Shown here one piece after another: positions 12,625 to 27,600 of a DNA stretch of 64,000 nt. How positions within the stretch are numbered: position 1 is the stretch's first letter; each line of letters opens with the position of its first letter. Source of the DNA: Malacoraja senta (taxonomy: Eukaryota); contig CM075991.1 of assembly GCA_038087875.1 (NCBI GenBank), positions 11,720,001 to 11,784,000 on the forward strand, in the 5' to 3' direction. Position numbers and translations under genes: made by a program. Below the pieces are notes generated by a model, which saw only the letters and a program-made list of their open reading frames with translations, searched no databases and was not told where the DNA came from.

Positions 12625-15600
12625 GTGTGTATTTAATCTGCTATTGTATGGACTTGCAATTTTCATCAGTCAATAAACATTCGCAGTGTCCTCCTCACCA
12701 TTTGTTCCTCAGTTTCAGTTTTCCCCATACCCCTAGTTCATAAGGTCCAGCAGCAGAATAAGGCCATTTGGCCCATCAAGTCTACTCTGCCATTCAATCA
12801 TGGGTGATCTATCTTTCCCTCTTAACCCCATTCTCCTGCGTTCGCCCCATAACCCCTGACATCCGTACTAATCAAGAATCTGTTAATCTCCACCTTAAAA
12901 ATATCTATTGACTTGGCCTCCACAGTTGTTTGTGTTCATGAATTCCACAGATTCACCACCCTCTAACTAAGAAATTCCTCTCCATCTCCTTCCCAAAGGT
13001 ACATCCTTTTATTCTGAGGCTGTGCCCTCTGGCCCTAGACTCTCCCACCTGTGGAAACATCCTCTCCACATCCGCTCTATCCAGGCCGTTCACTATTCAA
13101 GTGTACCCCCTTTCCCCTCTGTCACTTTAGCCCCAAGTCAACGTATCCCGTTCCTGATCATCCTCCGCAGCATACCCACCACCCACTCCCGTAAGGGATG
13201 TGTCATGTGTGTTTCCTGTTCCTCTTGCCAGTGGGTCACTCCAGCTGGCATGTAGTTGACGAGCTCTGAAGCCCGGTAATCTGCAGTCACTAGTGTATCG
13301 TGGATACTGGTTACTCAGTAAGTGTCGGGTGTTGGAATGATCAGTTTCTGAAAAGCAGCCAATGTGATCAAAGACTTGTTCCAACCCGCTCATCCCTACT
13401 CCCCGTTCCTGTCGGGCAGAAGATACAGAAGCTTGAAAGCTTGCACCACGAGACTTGGGAACAGCTTCTTCCCATCCATTATCATGCTTCTGAACAGTCC
13501 TTCCATAAGTTAGGGTACTGTCCGATTCACCTCTACCCCCATTGTTCTCCCTGTGACCCCATGGGTTTTTCCCGGGTGCTTCGTTTTCCTTCCACTCTCC
13601 ACAGACGTACATGTTTGTAGATTAATTGGCTTCGGTAAAAATTGTAAATTGGCCCTAGTGTGTAGGAATGTGCCAGTGTGCGGGGTGATCGCTGGTCAGC
13701 GGGACTAGATGGGCTGAAGGGCCTGTTTCTGTGCTGTATCTGCAAACTAAACTACCAATGAACCTTTGATAGACACAAAAAATTGGAGTAACTCAGCAGG
13801 TCAGGCAGCATCTCTGGAGAAAAGGAATAGGTAAATAGAGTCTGAAGAAGTGTCTCGACCCGAAACGTCACCTATTCCTTTTCACCAGAGATGCTGTCTG
13901 ACCCGCAGAGTTACTCCAGCTTTTTGTGTATCTTCGGTTTAAACCAGCATCTGCAGTTCCTTCCTACCAATGAACCTTGTGTTCTTTCTCTAGGCTCGCA
14001 TGGAGGCCAGCAACAGTCGCTGCTTGGACCTGGACCGCCATCCATGCAGCAGGCATTGCTACAGGTAACGTCGCGGGCTGTACTGATCCAGTGTGGGGCC
14101 TCACCGAGATTGTGCTGGTGTCTGGGCAGATGTTTTGGGGGGTGGGGTGGGGGAATGGGGGTGCTGATAATTATCCCTTGTGGTTGTCACTTGGATTATT
14201 GCTGGTGGCGGCAGTCTTTAGGTTGGAATACCAGCAGGGGCTCTTTACAGTGGGGACAATTGGCTTGGCCAGTAATGTTGCAGACTCCAGGGGTGGGCAT
14301 AATACTGGCGTAGGATGTTACTGGAGCTGGGTTATCAGTGTGGCTTTACTTATGGTGGAAGTATCATTGCTGACTGTTAGCTGGAGAAAAATCGGTGGTG
14401 ACTCTCTTTTCAGAGATTACACCAGGGGGGTTTGTTACTGGAATATTAAATTAAAGGAATAATATTGCTGGGCAGTAATATTATTGCTCGGAATAATATT
14501 AGTGGGGTGACCTAAGTTTAAGAAAGTAATAATAATGTGGCTTGTCAATGGATGGGGGTGATGATGATCAGTACCTGACGGAGAGGTTGAAATGTTGCCG
14601 TTTGGCATGGATGTGTTCGTGAGGGCTGTCGTTTGGTGGGGAATAATGTCACCCACGTTCTCGTGTGCAAGGCAGATTAATGTCAGAGGGTTATGTCACA
14701 GGGTGGTAGACAAAAATGCTGGAGAAACTCAGCGGGTGAGGCAGCATCTATGGAGCGATGGAAAAGGGCGATGTTTCGGGTCGAGACCCTCGAAGGGTCT
14801 CGACCCGAAACATCGCCTTTTTCCTTCGCTCCATAGATGCTGCCTCACTCGCTGAGTTTCTCCAGCATTTTTGTCTACCTTCGATTTTCCAGCGTCTGCA
14901 GTTCCATCTTAAACATGTCACAGGGTGGTGTCAGTGTGTGGGGGCTGTCACTTGATGTGGAGAGTCAATGTGGGGATCGGGCCAGTCACTTGTCTGGATG
15001 TTAATTTCGGTTAAAGAGAGGGTAACGGGGTTGGGGACGGTCATTTGTTGGGCAATACTGAAGGAGGGTGTCGACGGGGCCAATAATGGGGCTAATTCAT
15101 ATTAAATATTGTCGAGCCAGCTCAGGATTTCTGAAGCTTATCAAACTAAATTGCAATCCTGCTGCATATCCCTGGTTTTCTAGCGCCCAGCTGCTCACAT
15201 CGGAGCCAGATGACCTGGAGAAGAGTACGCATTTTCCCTTAAACTGGATGCGTTCCACGTTTCCACACTCTGCCCATGGTTTGCGAATCAGTGATGTGCC
15301 CTTTCACTCTCGGGCTTTGTACTGGTTCCCAGGGGAGACAAAGTCTTCCCATTTCAGAAGCCCAATCTCAGCATCAGACTCCCGACCCTCACCCGTCCCA
15401 CCAACATGGATCTGGAACCAGGGTGGCCTGGTGGTGTTTTGCTTCACTCTGGCCTTGATCATCACTCTCGTGTATTTTAAAATTAACTTTTCTCTTCAAT
15501 AATTCATGGGCCATCTGGCACCTGCTATGATTGCTGTGACAATTGTTCTGTTCTCTAACCACCTCACTTGCCTTTCTCTTTCAGCCTTCAAAGCTGTTGG

Positions 15601-18600
15601 GGGTACGCACACAAGGTGTTGCAGGTTGCTTGTTTTCTCAATAAATGCTTAAGATGCCTTGTGATTTCCCTCTTTATGGTGTAGTGTTATTATGGTCGGG
15701 CCAGATCACCACCTAAGGAGCCGAGCAGAATTGAGGCCCTGCTGTCCGATAGTTATTAATGTGCAAAGTATTTGTCTTGGTGGCTACTTTTAAAATTGCT
15801 GGTTGTTGCATCAAAGCAAAAGCACTCTGCACTCGAGTTACCACGCCATGTCCTTTCTCATCTCTTCCTGCCTCTCCCACCTATGCATCGCCCCCCATCC
15901 CATCTCTGCTGAACTCCTGACCCATGCTGCCTTTAGTTGCAACCAAACCACAGTTCTGTTGGAAGCTTGTCTAAAGCTCCACTTCTTGCATAAAGTCTGC
16001 AATTGTCCCGTCTTCTCCCCCTCCCACCAACTCCCCCCCAACCTCTCCTCTTTACCTCTTGCTGCCCACCTACACTGGCTCGTGATCTGGTGGGAATGAG
16101 CGGGGCCTTTGTCTTTGTCACTCCCCCCCTCGCTCTAATTCGTGTGTTCCTCAAATTCTGGCCTCGCCACATCCGCCATCCTTTGCTTTCCACCAGTATC
16201 TTCAGCCATGTAGAGCCTCGGAACTCTATTCCTAAACCTAACACATGTCTCTTCATTTAAGAAAATTCTGCTCTAACATGTTATGCAGTTTGCAAATGTT
16301 GTCTGACTGCACACCTTTGAAGGTTCTTGGGACACGTTGCTACATTAAAGGTGCTGTGTTAAACCAAGTTGTTGCTGTGGGGAACTTGCATTGTCATGGC
16401 ACACCCCCGATGGACGTGCCAGTGTTTGACAACTAGATTATTATTACAACAGAAGAGGTTTAAGACAGGAAATGTGGCAAACCATTTACACACAGATGAA
16501 AGCTGGAAGTGGCAAATTAGCTGATTAAATGGTCAATCTGTATGATGGATGAATGCTGGCCAGGACACCAGACAGCAGATGGAGCCGTAGTTTTATGTCG
16601 ACTTGCGTGTGGAAGAGTGCAGTGTGAGCTGATCATTTACCTGGGCAGGCAGGGCTGCAATTACACAGGTCTTGCTCACCACTTGGACTTCGTTGATCAT
16701 TGCTCTTTATCAGCTGATGGTAACCTTTTGTTCTACACTTCTTGGCGTAAACAATTGACAGCATTATTAGGGTGGTGCTTTGAAGGGTGCGGATGCCACC
16801 CATTCATTATAAACCGGATGAGAAGCAGGAATGATCAGATTTGACTGGGAGTTCCCTTGCAGTTAAATGCCAGTCTGACGCTTGGCTGGCAAGCTTGTGA
16901 GCATAGTGCTTCTGTCTCGAGAAGGTATGCTGCTGGAGATTTGTTGTCCCTTTGAATGATAATGACACTGGTTCTGTTGCTATTGGCAGGACCACCAGCA
17001 GTCAGGCCAGTCGCAGAAGCAGCGAGTGTTTACAGGAGTGGTCACAAGTCTCCACGACTACTTTGGGTTCATTGACGAGGAAGTGTTGTTCCATTTGAAG
17101 TAAGTGGTGCTTGAACCAGTAGAGAGTGTAGTATTGGAAGCTCCTCTTAATGGCTCCCCTATCTCCCCCCTCCCCCCCCCCCCCCCCCACTCTCCCTCTC
17201 TCCCCTTCCCCACGCTGTTTTGGCCACTGAGCCATTCAGATCCCACTTGCTCCAAGCTCGATTACAAGTTTGCATAATGGCTGACATTTGTGTCCTGCTT
17301 GAAGGGAGAGTTTTGCTGAGAGATCCTGTCACTGATCTCTGGAAGAGCTTTGGACAGTTGCCACAGTCACCAGCCTGTCAGAATGTGCTGTTCATGCAAA
17401 GATGGGCACTTTCAAGAACTGCCAAAAGCTGTTGGGCAGTGAGTGGTCCCTGCATCTTGTGACTTCACCCCACCATGCCCTTCGGGCTGTGGTCCTCAGT
17501 TTTAATGGGGCATTGTGTCCAGTGGGATAGTTAGTGCCTCATAACTTTGCCCATAGCGATCAGTCACCCATACCCACTTGGGGATGCCCCTATCTTTGGG
17601 AGTATTGTATGTTGCGCTGACAGCAGTGGGTGGTATGTGCAAGAGTTGTGATCTGTGCGTGTGTTTGTATTGCAGTGTGGTGAAGGGTCGGATGCCCCAG
17701 GTTGGGGAGCGAGTACTGGTGAAGGCGGTGTACAACTCTAGTCACTCAGTGCAATGGAGCGCACTGAAAGTCCAAGTGCAGCCCACTCAGGTACAGGCTT
17801 TAGTGCAGTGCCCAGGAACCATGACAGGCAGCTTAGAATACCGCATTCACCTCTTGCAGTTCAGTTTGTATAAAGCCTCCAATGTCCCTTTTGTGAAGGG
17901 AATTTATGAGATTTAGACACCTCACTGCTACTAACCCTTCATTTTTCTCCCCATCCCAAAACTTAGACTCTGTTTCCTCCAGCTGCTCCTCTCGAATCCC
18001 CTTTCTTCCCTCACCTCTAGATTCTTGAATGCCTCAGAACCGTATCCCTGTCCCTCCAAATTCTTTGTCTTCTAAACGCCGTGTGCCTTTTGGTTTGTGG
18101 TCCCTCAGTGCTGGGTGGCAATGGCTAGTTGTACTTGTTGCATTTTATGATGCTGAGACTGGAACTGAAAGTAGATAGAGTAGTCGGCTGGTCAGCACAC
18201 ACTCGCTCATTGCTTCCTCCCAGGAGCTCCCGTCAGCCGTGCAGTTCGTGTGATACGAGGTTCTGTTTCCATCGATGCAGTGATCCGCTGGAACTGGCGA
18301 TGGAGGTCTCGCGGCAACACCAGGCAGTCTTCATTAATGGCTCCTTTGCTTTGCAGGTTTGATTTGAGCTGAAGTGGTGTAACACAAGGACAATATGCAC
18401 TTCTCTACCCCTGCCACGTCCCACTGGAACCCAAAGCACAACACCCCCCATTCCCCACCCCCCACTCCACCCCACCCATCTAAACCCAAACAAGGTTTAA
18501 ACCAGGGGTGTCAAACTACCGGCCCGCGGAGGGGTCCAATCCGGCCTGCGGGATGATTTTGGGGGGGGGGGGGTATATTCACGGCCATTTATTATGTATC

Positions 18601-21600
18601 TATGGCAACTGCTCTCTCTCTCGACGCTGTCTGTGCCGCCTGCTGCCCCGTCCACCTCTCCGTGAACGGCCCGCGGTTGCCAAGGGGATGGTTGACCTCG
18701 GCAACCACTGTCAAACAGACAAGATGGCAGAGCTGAGCTCCCCTTGGGCTGGCTGGCTGACTGACGTTCGCGTGTGCACAACTGATCCGGCCCGCATGAG
18801 GTCGCATTTTGCCCAATCCAGCCCGTGACCTAAAATGAGTTTGACACCCCTGCGGTAAACGCAATAAGCCTCTGCTTGTCCTGTGTCTCTCACCTAGTGT
18901 AATTGGCTGAGGTTCCAGATGGCATTTGCCCCCCCATTAAGTTTCTGAGTTTTCCGGAATCGTTTTTCCCCAGGAGAAGCCTCCCTCATGTTGACTCCTT
19001 GTGTTGTAATCGTTTCTCATTGCAGAACCCATCGCACATGATGTCTGGGCAGAAGCAAGGCATCCTTGGAGCCAAGCCCCAGCCACAGCCTCTGCTCCAA
19101 GCTCCACGCATTCCCTCCCTGCTCTCTTCACAGCCACTTCTCTCTCAGCTCCCCCACAAACGTGAGTATCAACACTCGAGCACAACAGAGAAGTGTCTCA
19201 AGTACTCACCACTTGACACCAACAATAATCTCATCAACATCATCTCTTACTCAGTCCCATGCGACAAATTTAGCTCCACTCAAGTTCACACCATTGGTCA
19301 CCTCCCCATTTCACAGTCAGACTTTTGAAGTTTGTGTTCCCCTTGAAGCTTTCTACAACTGGGTGGCACATTGGGGCAGCGGGTAATGCTGTCGCTGTGG
19401 AGTTTGCGGGTTCTTTCACTGACCGCGTGGGCTTCCTCCCAATGCTCCAGTTCCCTCCCGCAACCCAAAGGCGTGCAGGTTTGTAGGTGGTTCGGCCTCT
19501 ATAAATTACCCCTCGTGTGCAGGGAGTGGTTATGAAGGTGGGACAACGTAGAACTACAGTGAACGGGGATCAATGGTTGGCATGGACTCAGTGGGCTGAA
19601 TGGCCTGTATCCATGCTGTATCTCTAAACCAAACTAAGCTCTAAAAGCCTGCACCCCTGCTTCCATTCATGACAGATGGGGTCCTGCATTGCCAGACTGC
19701 TAGAGGGACAGGACTTCAGAGGGGGCTGCACTGTAGGGGTGGTAGAACTATGTGAATGGTGAGATTGCATTGGGGCACTGCATCGCTGGAGTGGAGCTCC
19801 TGCAGGAGCCACACACTCTGAGGGTGTTCGTCTTTTGATTGAGATCCATTTTTAACATTAAATCAGCTTCACTCAACCGATTATCTGGTCGTTGTCACTT
19901 TACTTCTCGTAGCAACTTGCTGTGCACAGCTTGGCTACTATATTCCCTTCATAAAAATAATGCCCGCAGTTTGCTCCTTCATTGGCTTCAAATTGTTATG
20001 AGATTTGCTGTGATCGCAAACGTGTTATACCAATGCAAATCTCTCTTCCAATGTATAAGCACAGATAGCATTTAACACACCACAACCAGCCTTGGGTTAG
20101 TCTGTTTACCTTTCATATGGGTGAAGAGTTCTAATTGCTCATGTTCTTTTTCCATATCCCCTTCTATTTAATCTAATCTTGAATATTGGTAGTTTCACCC
20201 GCTCACCCTTAGTGGATTTCATAACCTCGCAGATGTCTGTTGTGTTCTAGATATAAATTATGTACATATATGATTAATGTACAACAGTTTTATTGGTGTA
20301 TGTCGCCATTGAAAACTGCTTGCTTCAATCCTTTGCCATACTTTCATCAGTTTTAGCACTTCTATTGTGATTAGCACCAATTTTTCAATGCGGCCTTGAT
20401 TATTTAATGGGCCAGACAAAATAGTTGTCACTCTAAAGCTTTATTATAGCTGAACCTTTCCCCCGCTCCCCCTCCTCAGGGCTGATCGCTCCCGCCAGGC
20501 ATTTGTATTCTATTCTACACATTGCTGTAAATGTTGTGTGGTCCATACTTGTGGCTTCCAGCATTGTGCCACGGATCAGATTTGGTCACAGATGAAGTGC
20601 CAGGAAATGGCGTGGGTAAATATAATTGTGGTCATTGTTGCACACTTTGTTGCACAGAGTTTAGAGTTAAGGTGTGGAAACAGCCTCTTTGGCTCACCTC
20701 GTCCACGCCGACCAGCGATCGTTAGCACTATTCTGCGCACTAGGGACAATTTACAGCTAACAGAAGCCAATGAAGCTACAAACCTGCATGTCTTTGGAGT
20801 GTGGGAGGTAACCGGAGCACCCAGAGAAAACCCACGCGGTCACAGGGACAACAACTCTACCACTGTGTCGCCTGGGTTCATGACTCTCTATAAATCATGT
20901 ACAGCAAAAGCAGAAAATGGTGGAAATGGTTAGCAGGCCAGTCAGCACCTGCGGAAAGAGAAACAAATTCCTAAAATCTGTACTTTCTGAGCATTAAGCC
21001 TGTTCCCATGTCTGTTTCTAGCTGCGTTTAGCATTTGCATTGCGAATGCCAAACTCTGCCTGCTGCACTTCAGTCTTTTCCTCATCTTGGCAGTGTACTG
21101 ATCACTCTTAGCCCATGCGCAAAGACTAGGGTGGCTTGCTAATCCAGGTCATACTTTCTACCATTTCATCTCAATCACAGAGCTCACATAACGATGTTTG
21201 GTTCGAACTAGAGTTATGGAAGAAAATAAGAGTTAGACCATTTCTGCATTTCTCGTGTTTTCCATGAGTGGTCTCTGCATCGTGAAAGGTTGTGCTGTTT
21301 TAACGGCTTCTCTCTTTTTCCCTCTTCTCTGTTATCTCTGCCCAACCTGACTCCTCCCGCCCTCTGTGTCCCTCTTCCCCACTCTCAAATCCCCACCTGA
21401 CTCACCCCCCTCTTCTCCACCTGGCTCCCTTCCTTCCCAACCCCTGTCCTCCACCCATGCACACTCTCTGTTCCCTGTTGTCTCCCCACCCTTCACCTTC
21501 CAGCTGGTTTGCTGCAGCCCCTGGTTCACTTGGGTCCCCATGGCCAGCTCGGTCGCAGGATGGACATGGGAATGCGGTCAATGGGCAGGAATGGCCGCAT

Positions 21601-24600
21601 GGACATGGGTCGCAGAGGTGACAGAAGGTAAATACACTCGCGTTCCTGCAAGTTTGAGAAACGTTTTTTTATCGGCAGGTTCAAAAGTTCATTAGTGATA
21701 GGACAGAAGTAGGCCATTTGGCCTATCAAGTCTACTCCGCCATTTAATCATGGCCAATCTATCTTTCCGTCTTAACCCCATTCTCCTGCCTTCTCCCCAT
21801 AACCCCTGGCACCCGTACTAATCATTTGGCGGTGGTTGTTTTTATTTGGGGTGGTTCCTCTTCAAGATAGGAGACTAAATTCATCCAGCTGTATTAGCTT
21901 TGGGGGTCACACACTTGGAAGTCCCAGCTCAAGTGGACTCAGTGCTGGCGGTGATCTCTCCTGCAGTGTGGGGCGAGGCAGTTGCGAGCCCCGTCTGATA
22001 CCAGGGTCAGGGCATCACCTAATGCTGTGACCAGTCTGGCTCTGAAAGTGAGCTCTCATTGTGCGTTGAGTATCAGTGTGAGTTCACACTCCATGTTGGA
22101 AGCCTGACTCTCGGGTCTGAGTGTGAGCTTTCAGCACGTCAGCAGGTTTCCATGTTTCTTCTTTCTCGGTATTGAGGAAAATGTCTTCCAGCTTGGGCAT
22201 GGCGTACTCTGGTTGTATTGGAGGCATTCCGCCTGATGTTGCTCGTGATCAATGTTGCCAATTATCTCTCGATGTTTACCCCTTGTTTATTCCCACACAG
22301 GGACAATTACAAGCGGATGGGCCAGGGCTCCCACAAAAGGTATCAGGATATGGCATCCGGGGAAGGGCCCGCCAAAAAGGCACGACATTACATTCCCTCC
22401 TACAATGTGCAGTACTCCCGCTTCTGCCTGGACAGGTACCAGCCCTTTCAATGCTTACATGCATGTTTTATAACCTCTGTCTTTCTGTATGAACTGTGCA
22501 GAACCAGCAGCCTGGTCGCTTCAGGCTCTACAGCTCGAGAGTGGTGGCTAAGATTGGCACCATGTCACTCATAAGTATTTGATGGTGCCAGAGCACTGGG
22601 CTGGCTGCTGTTCGCCTGAGTTGATGAGTGGTGTTGGCTGCCTGCTTGATTACTGAGGCATCAACGGACTGCCGTGCCATTTCTACTGCCCTTGTTTGCA
22701 AAGCTTAGTGACTTGAAATCCCAAATGTGCAATGGGACAGACTGTTCACCACCTTGTTGCATGGTAGCGAGACACATTGTCTGTGAACCGTTGTTGGGGC
22801 AAGTTGGGCTATGAATTCCTGTCGGGGCCACGGGTTTGGGTGTGATTGCTTGGATGCTCGCTGGGTGATGGAACGGATCGGAGTGAGTCACAGAGAAGTA
22901 GAATCTGTCTGTGATTCCCATAGCGGGGGGGGGGGGGGGGCAGGTGAGACTAGAACACTCACACACGTACAGTGGGGGGGGGTAGGGGAGGGGACACGCA
23001 CACAGGTAGGTCTGTGACTCCCCACGTGAGGTTAATCCAGGTTGATCAATCCTGTTTGTGGTCCCTCGCTATCCTGCTCTGGAGATTTGGAAAGCAGGCA
23101 AACCTGTACTGAGCTTTGTGTAAGAAAGAACTGCAGATGCTGAAAAAATCGAAGGTAGACACAAAATGCTGGAGTAATTCAGTGGGTGAGGCAGCATCTC
23201 TGGAGAGAAGGAATGTGTGACGTTTCGGGTCGAGACCCATTCCTTCTCTCCAGAGATGCTGCCTCACCCGCTGAGTTACTCGAGCATTTTGTGCCTACCT
23301 GTACTGAGCCTGTCGGCTTAATGACTTGCACCTATACATAGCAATGTTACAAAATTTTGAGCTTTTAAAAATAAAGTCTGCAATTTATCCCATCAGATAA
23401 AGCATAAAAAGAAGTTTAATTTGACACCTAATTCACTTTCATATCTTCAGTATTAAAGAAGTTATGGCCATTTTCATACTCGGAAATTAGCATCTTGTTC
23501 CCTATCGCTTTTCCATTGACTTAACACAAAAGCTGTGATCGAGGACAGTTAAAAGCCCATAACTTTCTTAATAATTAAGATAACTGAAAGAAATTTTCAG
23601 TTATTATAGATTGAAGCATTCTGAAACAAATATGAAACAATCTTACTTAGATGACATGAAAGTAAAGCATATAATTAGCTAGTTACCTAATTGTAGCTAA
23701 TTACAAAATTCAATTACTAGATCTAAACATCTATCAATTTCTTAAGAATAGATTAACATTTTTAAATAGCCTAAGTGTCCAAATAACATTCACACAATAA
23801 TTCACAATATAACATAATTTTAAAATCTCATTTTCATGAATTTACAGGCCAAATGGAAGGAATTGAATGTTTAATACCTGTAAATTAATGGACATTTAAA
23901 TCTTGTGAGTGAGGATTTCTGGAACGCGATCTTTTGGAACGTTCATTTGCGGTGAATTTAACCCCGTATTGGCATGAAAAATACTGCCGTTAGTTCGGGG
24001 AATAAAATCACCGTGTCGCGTGAAAAAATGTGAATTAAAGGCTTCTTAAGAAGCACTTTTATACATTTAAAGAAACCACTTTCGTTTACCTGTCCCGTGT
24101 GTGAAATCCGTCCCCGTTATCGGTGTTGACGCTTCAGGAGCTGCTTTTAAAATTACTCCAGCGCTGACATTGACGATTTAATAAAAAATAAAAAATTCAC
24201 AAAACGCCACTAGGAACGATTTTTCAGCAAAAGGTTGTACTCCAATGAAATATAATTCAGGACAAGGGAGGAGAAACCGTGTTTTAACCCCGCCCCCCCT
24301 TAAAGGCGCCAAAATCGCGCACACAGCCAGTGGCAGAATTACAGCGCGACTGAAGGTAAGTTTTGTAACATACCTACTATACATATTAAGTGCCATGGAA
24401 AGGACCAGTTGGCTGAGCAACACTGTCACCGGTCAATGGAGAATATCCTCAGTGACTCGCAGTATATTGACAGAATGTGCGTTGGAGATCCGCGGTGATG
24501 GATTGTCTGTGGCGTGTCCTCTGTACGTCCACGGTGATGGAATGTGAGTGTCAAATTAAGTCAAGAGTCTATTCGTCTGAAGAAGGGTCTCGACCCAAAA

Positions 24601-27600
24601 CATCACCCATTCCTTCTCTCCAGAGACACTGTCCCAGCGTTGTGTGTCTACGGAGTAAACCAGCATCTGCAATGCCTTCCTACACAATAATATTTTTTTA
24701 TTATCGTATGCCCTGAAACAGAACAATGAAATTCTTACTTGCAGCATCGCAACAGATTTATGATCATTGTCCTATAACAACAAGTAAAGTTTGGTATATA
24801 TATATATATTTTTTAAACAATAATAGTGCAAAAATAAAAACAATGCCTCCAAGTCTATGTAGTTTGCAGCTTATTTGGAGGTAGTAGTTAATAGCCTGAT
24901 GGTTGTAGGTGACAAATTGCCTGTTAACAGACTTAATATTAATGTGAACCCATTCCTTCTCGCCAGGGATGCTGCCTGTCCCGCTGAGTTACTCCAGCAT
25001 TTTGTGTCTACCTACCGCCCATTAACAGCCGGTCCTCTGCTTTTCCCTTTAGCGCTGCTTGTGATACCATTGAAGTGCAGCGACGCTACCCGTGCCTCAA
25101 CATCCCAGACACATTTTTCGATGGCAGACTGGGCTGGGTGAACACATTCCCATTGACCGAACCTTTTCAGTTAGGCCAGAAGTCTGTTTTCCACGTGATG
25201 GAGAAAGGGCTGGAACCAACTGAGGAACAAGATGATCAAATGGATCCTCCTGATGCCGACTCCACCTACAGTGCCAAGGTGAGCGGCAATGGGTGTTGTT
25301 TGGGATCAAACTGGTTTTGGAAGCAGTGCTATTTTTAAGGAACCTATCACTCTAATACTAACTCCACTGAATCAATTGTTTCGATTTCATTAAGTCGGTA
25401 CTAACCCATTCAACAGATTGAAGACTGAACATTTCAGATCATAGTGCGAGCCTAGATTTGGAAGTAAACTAATTTTCTTTCACATTCGATAGTAGTAGAC
25501 AGGGAAATATCTAAGGGTATTATTTAGATGGACTTCCATATGACATATGTAAAGTTCTGCAAAAGGAATTGTTAGTTAAAGTTGACATAACTGAAGATAA
25601 ACTTGATATGGTTAAAGATTTGCTTGAACAGCAGTGGTTAGAAATAGGCAGGTACTCAGTGGCAAAGTGTGACTGGAGGTGTCCAGAAAGTATGTTGGGC
25701 CATGGTTATCAGCTACAACATATAAATCACTGAGCTAATGGGACAGAAAGCCACATGTTCATCTACCGATAACCGTAGTTATGTCACGCTGAATGGTCAA
25801 AGTGACCAGGTGACATTTCCATTGTTCAGTCATTTTGTCATGTGATATAGAAACATAGAAAATAGGTGCAGGAGTTGGCCATTCGGCCCTTCAAGCCAGC
25901 ACCGCCATTCAATATGATCATGGTTGATCATCCAAAATCAGTATCTCGTTCCGGCTTTTCCCCCATATCCCTTGATTCCCTTATCCCTAAGAGCTAAATC
26001 TAACTCTCTCTTGAAAATATCCAGTGAATTGGCCTCCACTGCCTTCTGTGGCAGACAATTCCATGATTCACAACTCTCTGGGTGAAATGCTACTCTCCAG
26101 GGATTCCCAGCAATGAATGCAAGTTTAACTATTCTGGTTAAATACCCTGGCCTTTGCCCTCGTATTTCAGTAGCAGAATAATGAATGTAATTTTCCCATC
26201 CATGTGCATGGTTCCCAAGTCGAGAAAACTTGGAAAGATTGCATTTAGGGCAACTGTGGCAATCTCACCATTCTGTTCCATGGAGTTGCACATGCAGTCC
26301 CATCTCTCTGCTCCCACACATTGAGAGGTGCATTTACCCCCAGCAAATGAGCTTCAAAATTTACAGAATGGCCTTGCATAAAACCACATCTTTTCGGGGA
26401 GGACTTGAGATTGGGATCGTTACAGGTTACAGGAAGTTTTTTTGTTTTTTTTTCGTTTATTGTCACATGTACCGAGGTACAGTGAAAAGCTTTTGTTGCG
26501 TGCTAACTAGCCAGCGGAAAGACAATACATGATTATAATCGAGCCATTCGTACCAAGCCGAGAGTTAAGAGTGTGTAACTGTGCTGAAAGTTCTTCCTGG
26601 CTGCAGCTTAACTGGCCTGTAAACTCAAGACACATAGATAACACAGAACAGACACAAATTCAATAAACATGTTAGCACAGTTTGAAAGGTGAATGATCGA
26701 GTGATGTGATTCCAGTGGATTGTGTCTTATGGAGATGTACAGTGGCTTGCAAAAGTTTTCATACCCCTTGAACTTTTCCACATTTTGTCACGTTACAACC
26801 ACAAACGTAAATGTATTTTATTGGGATTTTATGTGATAGACCAACACAAAGTGGTGCATATTTGTGAAGTGGAAGGAAAATGATACATGGTTTTCAAATT
26901 TTTTTACAGATAAAAAACTGAAAAGTGTCGCGTGCAAAAGTATTCAGCCCCCCTGAGTCAATACTTTGTAGAACCAGCTTTGCACATCTAGAGACTGAAA
27001 TTTTTGCCCATTCTTCTTTGCAAAATAGCTCAAGCTCAGTCAAATTGGATGGAGAGCGTCTGTGAACAGCAATTTTCAAGTCTTGCCAGAGATTCTCAAT
27101 TGGATTTAGGTCTGGACTTTGACTGGGCCATTCTAACACATGAATGTGCTTTGATCTAAACCATTCCATTGTAGCTCTGGCTGTATGTTTAGGGCCGTTG
27201 TCCTGCTGGAAGGTGAACCTCCGCCCCAGTCTCAAGTCTTTTGCAGACTCTTAACAGGTTTTCTTCCAAGATTGCCCTGTATTTGGTTCCATCCATCTTC
27301 CCATCAACTCTGACCAGCTTCCCTGTCCCTGCTGAAGAAAAGCATCCCCACAGCATGATGCTGCCACCACCATGTTTCACAGTGGGGATGGTGTGTTCAG
27401 GGTGATGTGCAGTGTTAGGTTTCCGCCACACATAGCGTTTTGCATTTAGGCCAATTTTGGTCTCATCTGACCAGAGCACCTTCCTCCACATGTTTGCTGT
27501 GTCCCCCACATGGCTTGTGGCAAACTGCAAACGGGACTTCTTTTGGCTTTTTTTCAACAGTGGCTTTCTTCTTGCCACTCTTCCATAAAGGCCCGATTTG

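Noticed and set aside
13977..14462. Hydrophobic 161-aa ORF resembling a membrane protein
   Set aside because: Out of frame with the real 71-nt exon, and runs through GT-rich low-complexity intron.
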